A stretch of 63,716 nucleotides of DNA, the filler included, from Guillardia theta CCMP2712 (lineage: Eukaryota; Protista; Cryptophyta), in NCBI RefSeq assembly GCF_000315625.1. It is 4 parts of 4 records of this genome, joined end to end, with 100 filler letters (N's around TTAATTAATTAA, not from the genome) between each part and the next. Parts side by side here need not be neighbours in the genome. Positions count along the whole stretch, not along the records: positions 1 to 31,454 come from NW_005434467.1; 3 more parts are not named here. The stretch is one strand, 5' to 3'. The stretch's first letter is position 1. Each line of letters starts with the position of its first letter. The position numbers and the translations under genes are program-made. The notes beneath the pieces were generated by a model, which was not told the origin of the DNA, did not search any database, and saw only the letters and a list, made by a program, of their open reading frames with translations. This document shows, in pieces, positions 10,580 through 22,500 of the stretch.

Positions 10580-13500
10580 ATGTCTGTGCTACAGGTGCTG
10601 CTGTCCTGCTTGCGACGAGCTCCCATGCTGACTTGCCTTCAGGCGATCTTGCTCCTCGCACTCTCCATCAGCTGTCCTGCGCATGCTGCTGTCGTCTTAC
10701 AGTCTGGAGTGAAGTACACAGTCGCTGAGACGGCCCAGCTTCAGATGGAAGGAGGCACGTCGGACCTGAAAGCGACAGACCTCAAGATCTACTGGGGGTC
10801 GCTGGGAGCTTGGAGCGAAGGGAATGACATTCTTGCATCGGATACCGTCATTGAAGTTTATCTCCCGCGCTTTTCAGGAGGATCGAACCTCTTCGGCGCA
10901 TACAGATCTGGCAGCGCAGAGACAAGCGTCATGTGGATGAAGCAAGGTCAAGTCGTCACCATATCCGAGAGCGTGTCCAAGCCATGGGCAGCAGGTCTCC
11001 CTGTGTCAAGCCAGTCTTCGCTCGAGGCTGGTCCGGGGGTGGGAGGATGCTTTGGGATCACCCAGGACCTTTCGTCGAACGCTTTCGATCTCAAGCAGCT
11101 CCAAGCAAACTCCTTCTCCATGTGTCATTGGGACTCACAGAAAGAGACGCTCCGTCTCCTCATGTCCTCATCGCAGCCCATCACAGGCGTGTACATCAGC
11201 AAGGTTTCCTTGTATCAGAACTATGACGTTCACGGCAAGCAGAACGGGCTGGGCCCTCTGCCGCCCATTGGAGGGATAGACGAGCACTGGTATCAGCTAG
11301 CGAATGTGGCCGTGTATCAGGCATCTGGATCTTCACGAGGCTGTGCGGTGAAGGCGATCAGTGACTTTCCGTCGACGCCTTGCACTAGCGATCTCTTGGT
11401 GTATCAAGTTCCCTTCGACCAGTATCGCTCAGTGAGGTTCGGTACGGACCTGCCTCCCATCCCTACAAGAATTGGAGCAGGAGCCGTCGGCACCGTAGCT
11501 CCTCCAGCCTTCGTCTATGCGGCAGCGTCAGGCAACAATGATGGGCCCAATCAAGCTGTCTGCATCACCGTCACTCTGATCAGCTCGGCCACCCTCTTCT
11601 CGGCTGGCGTCAATCCCACCACCATCACTCTCACCGGACTGACGGGAGCCTCGACCACCAGTCAGCCCGTGCGGCTCTTTCAGAACAAGTGTCAATGCCA
11701 AGGCTCAAGCCCGGTGCAGGACTTGATGCCTGCGAGGTTTCGAACGTCCACCACCGCCAACACCGTCGGGTCAGCAGACTTCAAGGCTGACGGGACCCTG
11801 ACCTTTCAGCTCATACCCGGGCATTACATCCAAGCTGGAGAGGTGCTGACCTTGTCCTTCAGTCTTGTGACGGGTGCCAACCCTCAGTCGTCTCGAGACC
11901 TCAAAGTGTCAATGTCCGGGCAGGCGTGTCTGACCAATGACTTCTGTACGTTACCCAAGTCTGTAGCGATCACGGTTGCGCCGACCTCGTTTGACTCGTC
12001 GTCGAGGATCTTGGAGGTGGTGGGCAAGAAGCTGAGGGTGTCGATGTTTCAAAGCTCAAGCGACCCTGGCTCACTGACCAACCTCTTTGTGACGCTCCGG
12101 CCCAACTTCAACGTCGAGGTAGGGTCGGTCATCAGCATTCAGGGCCTCTGTGGCTCGCAGAGCAACTCAGCCTATGTCTCTCTAGTCAGCAACAGGCTCA
12201 ACGGCGGGACGCCGCTGACCGACACATGTACTGGAAACCCGACCGAGGTCGACCTCGCGGACTACTGGCCAGGCTCAAGGCTGGACTGGAGTGGCGGGGG
12301 ACCTCTCAAGATCACTGTGGCGAGCAGCTTGAGTCTCGTCGCTCGCGGTACTTACGCTCTGTCATGGACTTGGCGGAACCTGGACTTGGCTCACCCGGCG
12401 TGCTCGATGACTGTCAGTATGCAGAAAGGAGGAGACGTGGTGAGCGCGGAGGCTGTGGAGAACATCGGCAACACATTCGGCACGGTGCTGAGTCCTGGGT
12501 TTATCAAGTACAAGATCAGACAATCGACTACCCGTCCTGACGTTGCCAACTACATCTGCGTGACGCTGAGAAGCAACTTTCGTGTTTCCACGCTCTCCAA
12601 CACCCAAGGTCAGAACAACCTGGCCCAGATTACTATCTCAGGCCTACAGGGATCTCAAACGACAACAGCGCTGTTCGTGAAGGCTTGTCCGTCATACGAC
12701 TGGAGCTTGATGCAGCTACAGCCCGAGTCTGATCCGCCAACAGCTCACTTCATCGACAAGATTACGGGAGGTACACTCCATCATACGACAAGCTGGTCGT
12801 CTGGATCAGCCGTCCTGACCGTCAACCAGGACGATGCTGCGAATCAGATGTATTACTCCATCCCTCAGCAGCAGGACATTGTGTTCGCTCTCAGGCTGAA
12901 GAACCCTAAGGTGTCCAACCCTTGTCAAGCAGTGACTATGCGCTTCTCTGGTGTTGGCCCTGGCAACCGCTTGGTCACGCAAACGGTCAACATGGTGCAG
13001 AACCGTGTCGATAGAGCCCTCGAGGACGGCGAGACAGATGGAGACGTGTGCGTGCTCAAGACGTACGATTACAGCTTCCTGACTCGAGTCATCGCCCAGT
13101 CAACCTCGGTCGTACAGGAGAAGAACGTCATTACTGTCACCTTGAGGTCTAACATGGACCTGTTGAGCTCCGTCTACAGTCCTCAGATCACCATCTCTGG
13201 TCTCACAGGAGCAGACACAGCCGTGACGGCCTTGTCTGCTGCTGCCATCACAAACCAGTACTTCCCCAACATCCAGAAGTCGAGCTGGGATAAAGCACGA
13301 GGAGTGCTTGTAGTCACTCTTGCTCCAGGAGCTTGCCAGCTGCCTGTCAAGGGTCGACCGTCTAATTGCATGCATGCTGGCTGGACATATGCATGGAGTT
13401 ACACCTTGACGAATGGCGTGACGGAGCAGGCCAGCCCTTCTGTCTCCGTGTCATGTCAGTTTGCTGAGAACAAGCTGTCGAGCCCACAGCTTATGGCGTC

Positions 13501-16500
13501 ACCGATGCGCAAAGACTTGCACGCTCTCTACTTGACGAGGCAGCTGCTCAACAAGTATGACATCGGGCAGTTGAGTCCAGCTCCTGGAGCTGTCAACCCT
13601 GTTTGCATTACCTTGAGGCCCAGCAAGTCTATCAATGCGCCGACGACCTTCACTCTGACGGGCTTGGACATGTTCTCTTCCGGTACCAAAGTAGCCTTGT
13701 ACGATCAGTATGGGGTATCGCCTCTTACCAGCGGGCTGTTCCAGACAGTTGGGGCTAGCCCGCAAGACAACTACGCGACGTATGACAAGTCAACGATACA
13801 GTTTCAGCTGGGCCCGTCAAAGTCGCTGCAGCAGAACTCCAAGTACAAGTTTTGTTTCCAGCTCACCAACGTCATGACAGGACAAGCGACCTGCCCTCAG
13901 GTCTCGCTGACAGTAGATTCACCGTCTGCACCTGCCGTGTACCGAGGAGCTCAGTCGTATCTCTGCAACAATGATGTGACCAGGAAGGTAGCCGGCTACA
14001 CGTCTGAGCCGTCAGGGTGTGCGGGCTACATCTCAGATCGCAAGTTCATATCGTCCAACATCAGGTCGGGATCGAATGTGACAGGCAGCACAGTCTGGTT
14101 GACGATGGAGCTACAGCCTAACTATCCTCTCGCCTCGGGTCAGACTATCACAGTCGGATCGTTCATCAGCATGAAGAACGCTGGATCATCGGACATCCCA
14201 TGTGCAATAGCCAGGAACGGGCAGGTTGTAAATGCCGCTACCAACAAGCATCGTGCCAACGGGATAGCGCCTCCGGCTGTGTTCAACAGCGTATGCAAGT
14301 ACCTCGACAACACGATACAGATCTCGTACACCGGGGCGTCAACGCAGTACTCATCTTCCGTCTACGACCCGTTCTACAACGTCAATGCTCGCCGGTCCAA
14401 GGGCCTGTACAAGGTGGAGGTCACAGCGGGAGGGTCAGGGTATCAGTCTGCCAGTGTCATCATATGCGACGTTACGCCTGGAGCTGAGTTCTGGACGAAG
14501 CCGACTTGCACAGCTGCTGGGGTAGTGTTTGCTGCCGGCAGCTCTGCCTCAGCAGCCGCGACCGTGATCTCCGGCACCGTCACGTCCATCAGCCTGACAG
14601 CGCCTGGCTCAGGCTACACGATGCGTCCTCAAGTCTTGATCGTCGACTCCTCGGGCTCCGGGAGCGGCGCGCGAGCAGAAGCGTTCATCTACGATCGCTC
14701 CATCTACACAGTCCAGCTGCAGCTGGTCAACCAGGGCACTGCCGCCAGCGCTCAAGCTCTGACGGTCAAGTCGGGCTCATCATTTGTGTCTGCGACTCTA
14801 GACAGTGGTTACGAGGTCCGAGCAAAGTCCAGCATGCAGCTCCAGGAGCAGTCCAGCAGAGATGTCGTGTTCACGGTCACTCCCGAGCATAACCTCTACG
14901 AAGGCGACATGCTCCTCGTCAACCTGCCTGCCTACGACGTTGTCACGGGTCCCATCTTCGGCGTGACCTCGTCGCCCAACCCAGCCTTCACCACCTTCAC
15001 CACGCAGCTGGAGTGGGAGCTCAATTACTACCAGGAGGATCGCGCTCGAGCATACATCAGCAACGGCTGGGTGGCCGACGGGAACAGGCATCGGTCAGGA
15101 GACGGAGACGTGGACGGCTTGTTTGTGCTGTCGCGGGATGACGATGGCTACAACAAGAACAAGGACCTCTGCTGGAGCCGCGTGTCCTGCCCGTGGGGCC
15201 TTCCGGACAGCGACATGACCTTCGCGGGTCCATCAAAGACGCTGGTGCTGACCAAGGTGACCAACGGAGCCTCGTCGTCTCTAGGGTACACACAGGACAT
15301 CTGCTACAGGAACACCAGCGTCAACCTCCTTCAACCGTCGGACTATGTCGGCATGCAGCTCAAGTGCCGTAACAACCAGCACACGGTGACAGCCGGCGGT
15401 CAGGTCACAAGCGTGCGAGTGCGGCACGGGGGCCTTGTGGTCATCAACGGGAGATACTCGGAGAGCTCGGGAGTATCAGGAGCCGCGCCGACGTTTGTGG
15501 CATCTGGCGCGACAGATCAGGCGACGGGGACGCTGCTCTACCAGGTGGTGGGAGTCCAGTACGTGTCAGGCAGCTCGTTGGCAGCAGGCGACATGATCGT
15601 CTTCGATTCTACCTACCAAGTCCTGCAGGCGAATGCTACCATCTCTTCTCTCTACAGCACCAGCCCAGCTGTGCATGTCACTGCCCCCGGGCTGTACTCC
15701 GGATATCCTTATGCGACCGTGTCTGGGAAGAACACCCAGCTGCGAGTGCTTGTCTCTGTGGCGAGTGCCAGCCTGACGTCTCAAGGCAGCGGATACACGT
15801 CCATCCCCACCATCACCACCTCGCTCAAGCCAAGTGTCGGCCTGCCCTCGACAGTGCAGCAACTTGAGCTTCCAGTGTTTGACGTCTCCTTGACCAACGT
15901 GACGAGCACCGTTGTCACCCAGTCTATCCTCGACTACAACCCAGCTAGACAGTGCTTCGTGGTGGCTGAAGAGTTTCCGACTTCCTTCTTGAGCGACTGT
16001 CAGGTCGTGCCCAAGGAGCAGGTCGGTCGGTACACCGGCATGACAGCGATGATCGGGTCCAGCGAGTACGTCATCAAGCAGGGAGCAGGCGGCGTCTACT
16101 GGGTGGCAGACCTCAAGGGCAACAAGCCTAGAAGCATCGACCTGGCCAACAAGCCCTACACCATCTACACGCAGCTGCAGCTGCAGGTGGCGAAGGGCAA
16201 GTGGATCCGACAGGGCGAGAGCGTCAGCATCAGCATCCCCAGCTACCGGTTCAAGTCGGTCCCTAGCAACCCCAACGCGTTCGTCACTCCCTCTACAGAT
16301 GACGCCTCCAAGACCATCCGAGAGAGGACGAGGTTTCAGTTTGCGACGCCCATCAGCTTTCGCAACGTCCGGCTAGCGGGCGCTGCTGCTTCGCGGATGC
16401 TTGTGCTCGGCGGTGCCATGTCGTCAGGCGACACCTGCACCATCCAGGGAAGTGACATCGAGAGACCCCAGGCGTCCGACGGGGTGACGGTCAACCATGC

Positions 16501-19500
16501 TGAAACCATGACAAGCGTCGGAGGGAGCGTGCCTGTGTTTGCTCCTCCTTCTACTTGGGGCTCGGGCTATCTCCGACCCGGGAGGTTCTACGGCACCTGT
16601 GCCTCTGGCAGGCGCTTGTCGGGCGTGTTCATGCTCGAGGGGCAGCGGACTGGCATCGAGCGGATCGAGATCGTGACTCCAGGAACAAGCTGCAGCGCTA
16701 ACGTCCAGGTCACCATCTCAAGTCCCGACAAGGACGGGGTGACTGATGGGCTGACCAACACCCCGGTCTGTCCGTCCGACAGCTCTCTATGCTCTCAGGC
16801 TACTGCAGTCGCGACTGTCAGCGGAGGGTCCATCACCAGCATCTCCCTCACCAGCGCGGGGAGTGGGTACTTCTTCCCGCCTACCGTGACGCTTACGAAC
16901 CCCAGCTCCAACACGCCTTGTGACGCCTTTGCCATCGCGCACTTGTCTCACAACTTCACCTCTCGTCTGCGGGTGACAGCTGACTCCAACCTGATGATGT
17001 ACCACCCCCAGCGAGATCACTTCGACTCCCTTACTGGCCTGCACTCGACCGTCTTCCCCGCGGTCGCTCTCTACAAGCGATACGATGCGAGGAAGTCCAA
17101 CGCTGAGGTCGGAACAGGATACGTGGCGGCGATAGTCGTGACGTCTCTACCGCCGTCGTCTTGCACAGGACACATCACCATCGAGCCTCCGCCCTCAGGC
17201 AGGACCGCGAGGGCTAAAACAGCTGCCAACGGCGGCGTCACCTCGATCGAGGTCATCGACGGAGGGTCCGGGTACGAGTATCCGCCAGCTGTGACCCTGC
17301 CGTGCACAGACGGCAGCGCCCGGGCGATCCTAGGCTTCGCGACCTCAGACGTTCACATGGCCGGCTCGAGAGCCTCCTCCTACACTGGCATGCAGTTGGC
17401 GCTGCTGACGTCATCGTCGAAGGCTCCCGCCTTCCGCTCTACCATGGACTCGCCGGTGGTGGTCGGCTTCAACAAGGCTTGCAGCACTGCAGTCACGCAG
17501 ACGATGCTGAGGGCAGGCGGCTCGTGGAACAGCTCTCGAGTCACAGCAGTGACGGTCCCGCAGCAGGGGGTGTCGGGGTTTGCGTTCGGGTTCACAAACG
17601 TGAAGATAAGCCCGTCAGCTATCAACGCCAACGGTCTGGTCGACGCTCATGCCGACGCCTTGGCGGTCCCCACCTGGTCCTTTCCTGTGTCGGGGTCGAG
17701 GCTTGTCAGCGGGGAGCTTGGGGTAGTGCACTACAACGGGCCTACGACCGTGAGTAATCTCTTCAGCTGCGATGAGTCGGTGCTGGTGTTCAGCTCTCCG
17801 CAGCGGCCAGGAGGGCAGGTGCTCAAGATCAAAGTCTCTCAAGCTGCGGGCGCGAGCCTTCCCAGCTACGAGATCGTACAGCAGGGTCAAGGGTACGCCA
17901 ACATCCCCATCGTTGTCGACATGGAGTTTAGCGTCGGAGGGGCGGTCAAGAGCTACCGACAAGACTTTGCGGACCTGAGCAGCAGCCAGCAGACGCTCTG
18001 CAAGCCTTCCTTCTTCTCGCTCAACACGGCGTATCAGGGCACCAACGTCTACTCGGGCTTCGTCATAGCCTCAGGCACTTCAGCACAGCAGACAGGCCTG
18101 ACTCTCGACGGAGCTCTCATCACCCACGAGGGATACGGATACCAGAGCTCGGGCTCCGGACCCATCGCGACCTTCAGCTGCAGCGGATGCTCCAGCAGCG
18201 CCTGTGCTGACAAGAGCGCCAACTCCATCGCCAACCAGGTGTGCACTGCCTCAGAGCTTCAGGTGGAGGCGACGGTGAGCGGAGAGTGCTCGGGCTCGTG
18301 CGAGCAGTCGGTAGCGACCAGCGCCTTCTTCTCGCCCAGCAACCGCAACGGGCTGCAAGTCTGCTCGCCGGCGGACGGAGCGGCAGGAGACTACAGGACG
18401 CGCAAGACGCTGCAGATGCGCGTGTCGAGCGGGCCGTCGGCGTACTCCTCCAGCAACGTCTACACGGCAAGACGCAGCCAGGGCTTCCAAGGCCCGCGAG
18501 GCTCCTTGATCTTCAAGATCACAGCTAACGAGGCGTTCGCGTCCGCCTCGCTCTGTCAGCCCCCGCGCGTCCTCGTGGAGCCTCCCCCCTCAGGCGGAGT
18601 GCAGGCAGAGGTCTTGCTCGACTACATCGACACCAGCTCGGACCCCTACACCAACGGCCCGTCTGCGAGCTCGACAGCAGCCAGCAAGGGCTTCGCTGCC
18701 GACGCTGCTCCCTACCAGTATGTGCTCAAAGTCATCAACGCAGGGTCCGGCTACTTGACCGCTCCGTGCATGAACGTCGTCGCTCTGCCCGGGTTGCTGC
18801 CGGCGTGCCCAGCTCCCACTCTTGGCGCTTACCCGAGAAGTGGGATGGTCGCGTCTCGGGTCGAGCTCGTGAGGAACATCTCGCTGCCAGAGCTCAACCA
18901 GGGCGCCGCAAACGTCCAGCCGACTTGCAGCAGCGGGTCGTTTGTTGTCAAGTCTCTCTGCCCGGGCTCCAACCCCTGCACAAGCGCCTACTCGCAAGCA
19001 GAGCTCAACCCGCTGCCTTCCTGCTCAGGCTCCTCGCAGTGCAGCGCATGTGCTACGTTCCCTTGCCCCGCCCGCACCTGCGCGGCAGACAACTGTCCCT
19101 CCTACCTGTCGACAGTCCTTGATGCCTCGCTCTCGAGCGTGGTCGCTGATGAGGCGCTGGCAGCCATCGGGTGGGATGCTCGGACCCACCAGCCAGTCCT
19201 GCTCAACGCGGGCTTCGGCTTCTCTCCCAGCACGCCTAACCCGCTGAGGCTCGAGTTTCCTTCGGACGCAGGACAAGCGTATCCGTGCGCGGAGATTCTA
19301 CTCTACTTCACCGACAGCCCCAGCTCAGACGCCCTTCAGCCGGGCCCTCTCTACTGGCCGGGCGACTTGTCCTTCGATCAGAGCTCTGTCCGAAACCTGG
19401 CGGGCCAGGTGACCGGAGTGGACTATCTGCTCAGACCCGGCTTCATCAACGCAGTCTACGGCTCGTTCAGCAACTTCCCTGTCACGACTCTTGTGGCTCT

Positions 19501-22500
19501 CAGAGACCAGGCGGCTCGTCGGCTCCTGCAGACCTCCAGGTCGGCTGTGCTGGAGGTGCAGTCAGTGTCGGGCTTCAAGGTCGGCGACTACATCCGGCTT
19601 GTGGATGAAGTCCTCATCGTGGACGCGATCAGCGTCCAGCAGAGCACTCTCACGGTCACTCGAGGGGCGCTGAACTCCAGCATAGCCTCGACCTTCGCCG
19701 CAGGCACCGTTGTCAGGACCTTCAACCCGGGCTCCGTGCTGCTCAAGAGCGTCGCAAGGGACGCGACCAGCATTGAGGTGTCAAACGCCGCCAAGTTCAC
19801 GTCGGGCAGATACATCCAGGTAGAGAAGGAGGTCATGTACGTCACTGCCGTAGGAGCCTCGTCGTTGACTGTCCTTCGAGCACAAGAGGGGACGATCGCA
19901 GCCAGTCATGCCGCGTTCAAGGCGGTGGGGAACGTGCGACCCTCGCATAATTATCCGATCGTGCTGCAGGAAGCCGTGACGGCGAGTCAAACCTTCTTGA
20001 CTGTATCGGACGCGAGCCTGTTGTTTGCGGGGGCCTTCATCCAGGTGCTGGACGAGATCATGAGAGTCACTTCGATATCCGGCGACAAACTTACCGTCCA
20101 GCGAGCGCAGGCAGGAACATCTGCGTCATCGCACCCGACGGTAGTGCTGGTAAAGCTGACAACTGAGGCGAGCCTGGGGCGTTCAATCTACAGGTCAAAC
20201 ATGGTACTGTTGACTACGATCAAATCTAGCGACACTGTCCTACGTTTGATGGACCCAGTCAAAGACACGCAGTCATCAGGCTTTCAGCCAGGCGACTATC
20301 TGCTGATCTATCACTATGCCTATGAGTACTGCATCGAGGATTCTTGTGCTCGACGGGCGGGATTTACCTCACCTAGTTATGAGGCGATGTTGGTATTGAG
20401 CGCTGAGACTTCTACTGTATCGGGGTATCTCTACCAGAACCTGACGGTCCAAAGAGCTCAGTTTGGATCATCTGCTCAAGAGTTCTTCCAAGGGATCTCA
20501 GTGAACTATCTATTCAGCCCACGTGTCCTTGAGCAGTCAATCGATAAGACGGCAACCAACGCAAACTTCTCAAACACTTACGGACTGCAAGCCGGAGATC
20601 TTCTGTGGGCTCTGACAGGTGTAAAAGCCCATGAAGGGGGCAATTTGGGGTACATAGAAGTGATGGAGTATCAGTCGGACGGCAGTGTGCGTCGAGAAAT
20701 GATCCCTGAATGCACGATATATCAGATTCCCTTCTCGCTTTCGCAGGCTACCAGCGTGTCAGCGGGTGCGCTTGTGCAGACAATAGCGAAGCCTGCCTAC
20801 TTCAACCCTCCATACATTATCGATTCCGATGATACATGGGTAACAATGTCGAGGACATCCGACTTTGCAGTTGGAGACATCGTGAGCGATGGCTCTTCAG
20901 CTCTCGAAGTGACAGCTATCAACACTGCAGACAGCAAAATCACATTAAAAAGATTGTTTGATGAAGATCAAGATCCTCCTTACACAGGGTACCTTGTGAA
21001 GATTGAGGGTCTGAGGCTCCTCAACTCAACTCTTGACACAGACGTTATGGACCCTTCTGACTCTGCTACCTTCAGCATCTCCTTGCACACTCTAGTCTCA
21101 GACTTCTACTCCCCGGGTGACTTCGTGTGGATATGCGACGGGTCTAGAGGCTTGTTTCGAGTACAAGCTGTCGGAGATTACTCCATGGACGTTACTCCAT
21201 ACAGTATTATTCAAGGAATATCATTCTCAAAAGACAAAGCAGTATTGTTCAAGTACGAGAGATTTGACGTTCTGAACGGTGACGCGTTATCCCCCGGTGA
21301 CAGCGTCATGTTCACGTGGGGTTATGTCATATTCAAGTTGTTTGCTTCTGTCGATCTGTTAAACACGGGTGGCACAGCACAAGTCATCTCATCCTCTGCG
21401 AACGAAGTCCGCCTCACCTTCACCTCAGGAGGATATGGCCCAGACCATACTATTGCATGGTTTTATGACGTACATTTCACCCATCAGCTGCTGCCGATCT
21501 CCAAGAAGAGCTTCGCCACGTCCAAGCTTGCTCTAGACATTGACTCGACCGTAACGCGCGTCATCCTCTTCGACGCCTCCGGGTTCCTAGCCGGCGACAG
21601 CATCGTCATCGACGATGAGATCATGACCATAGACAACCTCAACGGCAACCTCCTCCATGTCTCTCGAGCTCAAGCAGGCACCGCTGCTGCCCCTCACAAG
21701 CTCGCTGCATCAGTCGCATGGACCGCTCCCATAGCCAAGACGTCCTCGCCAGTGTCTGCCGTAACTCCTATGACTCGGCGCGACCAGCACCTGAGATACA
21801 TTGCCCAGCAGGGCTCCATCGCCCTTCCCAGCTCGATCTTGCAGGCCTCCAGCAGCTACCAAGACGTCTGGGCACAGCTCGACGAGGAGATCATCATGAT
21901 CCGACAGCCCGCCTCAGGTGTCGTCCCCGAGGATGATCGCGGGCTGAGAGGAACGTCGGCGGCTGCTCACGTGACCAACACGCCCTACAACATCCCCAAC
22001 GCGGTCTTCTCCTGGCAGCTCAACGTCAGGTCAAGTCTGCTGGGCTTGTCGGGCTTCTCAGCTCTGCCTGTGTACAGCATGAACGCTGCTGGAGTGATCG
22101 CAGTGTCAGGAGTCCACGTGCTGTCGGGAGGAGCCGGAGTGACAAGCCAGCCATCCTTCCAGCTGAGCCTCAACAGGTTCATCGACAGCGACGCCCAAGG
22201 GCAGGCGGTCGGAGGAGCGACTTACTCCTACCGCCCTCTGATCCAGCAGACTTACCTCGGGGTCGACCTGACAAACAAGTTCACCAAGAGACTCATCAGG
22301 CCAACTGTGACCTACCCCGTGACGTACCAGCCTTGGAGGTTCCCAGCAGACCCTCTCCACTTCCAGGACAGGATGGACGGGTATGACCCGAGCTCAGACA
22401 GCTCACTGCTGTCTCCTACCAACGGTTCCAACGCCATCAACGCCAGCTCTCCGATCCCTCACGAGCCAGGCTCGCCCGTGTTCGTGCTCGACTCCTTCGG

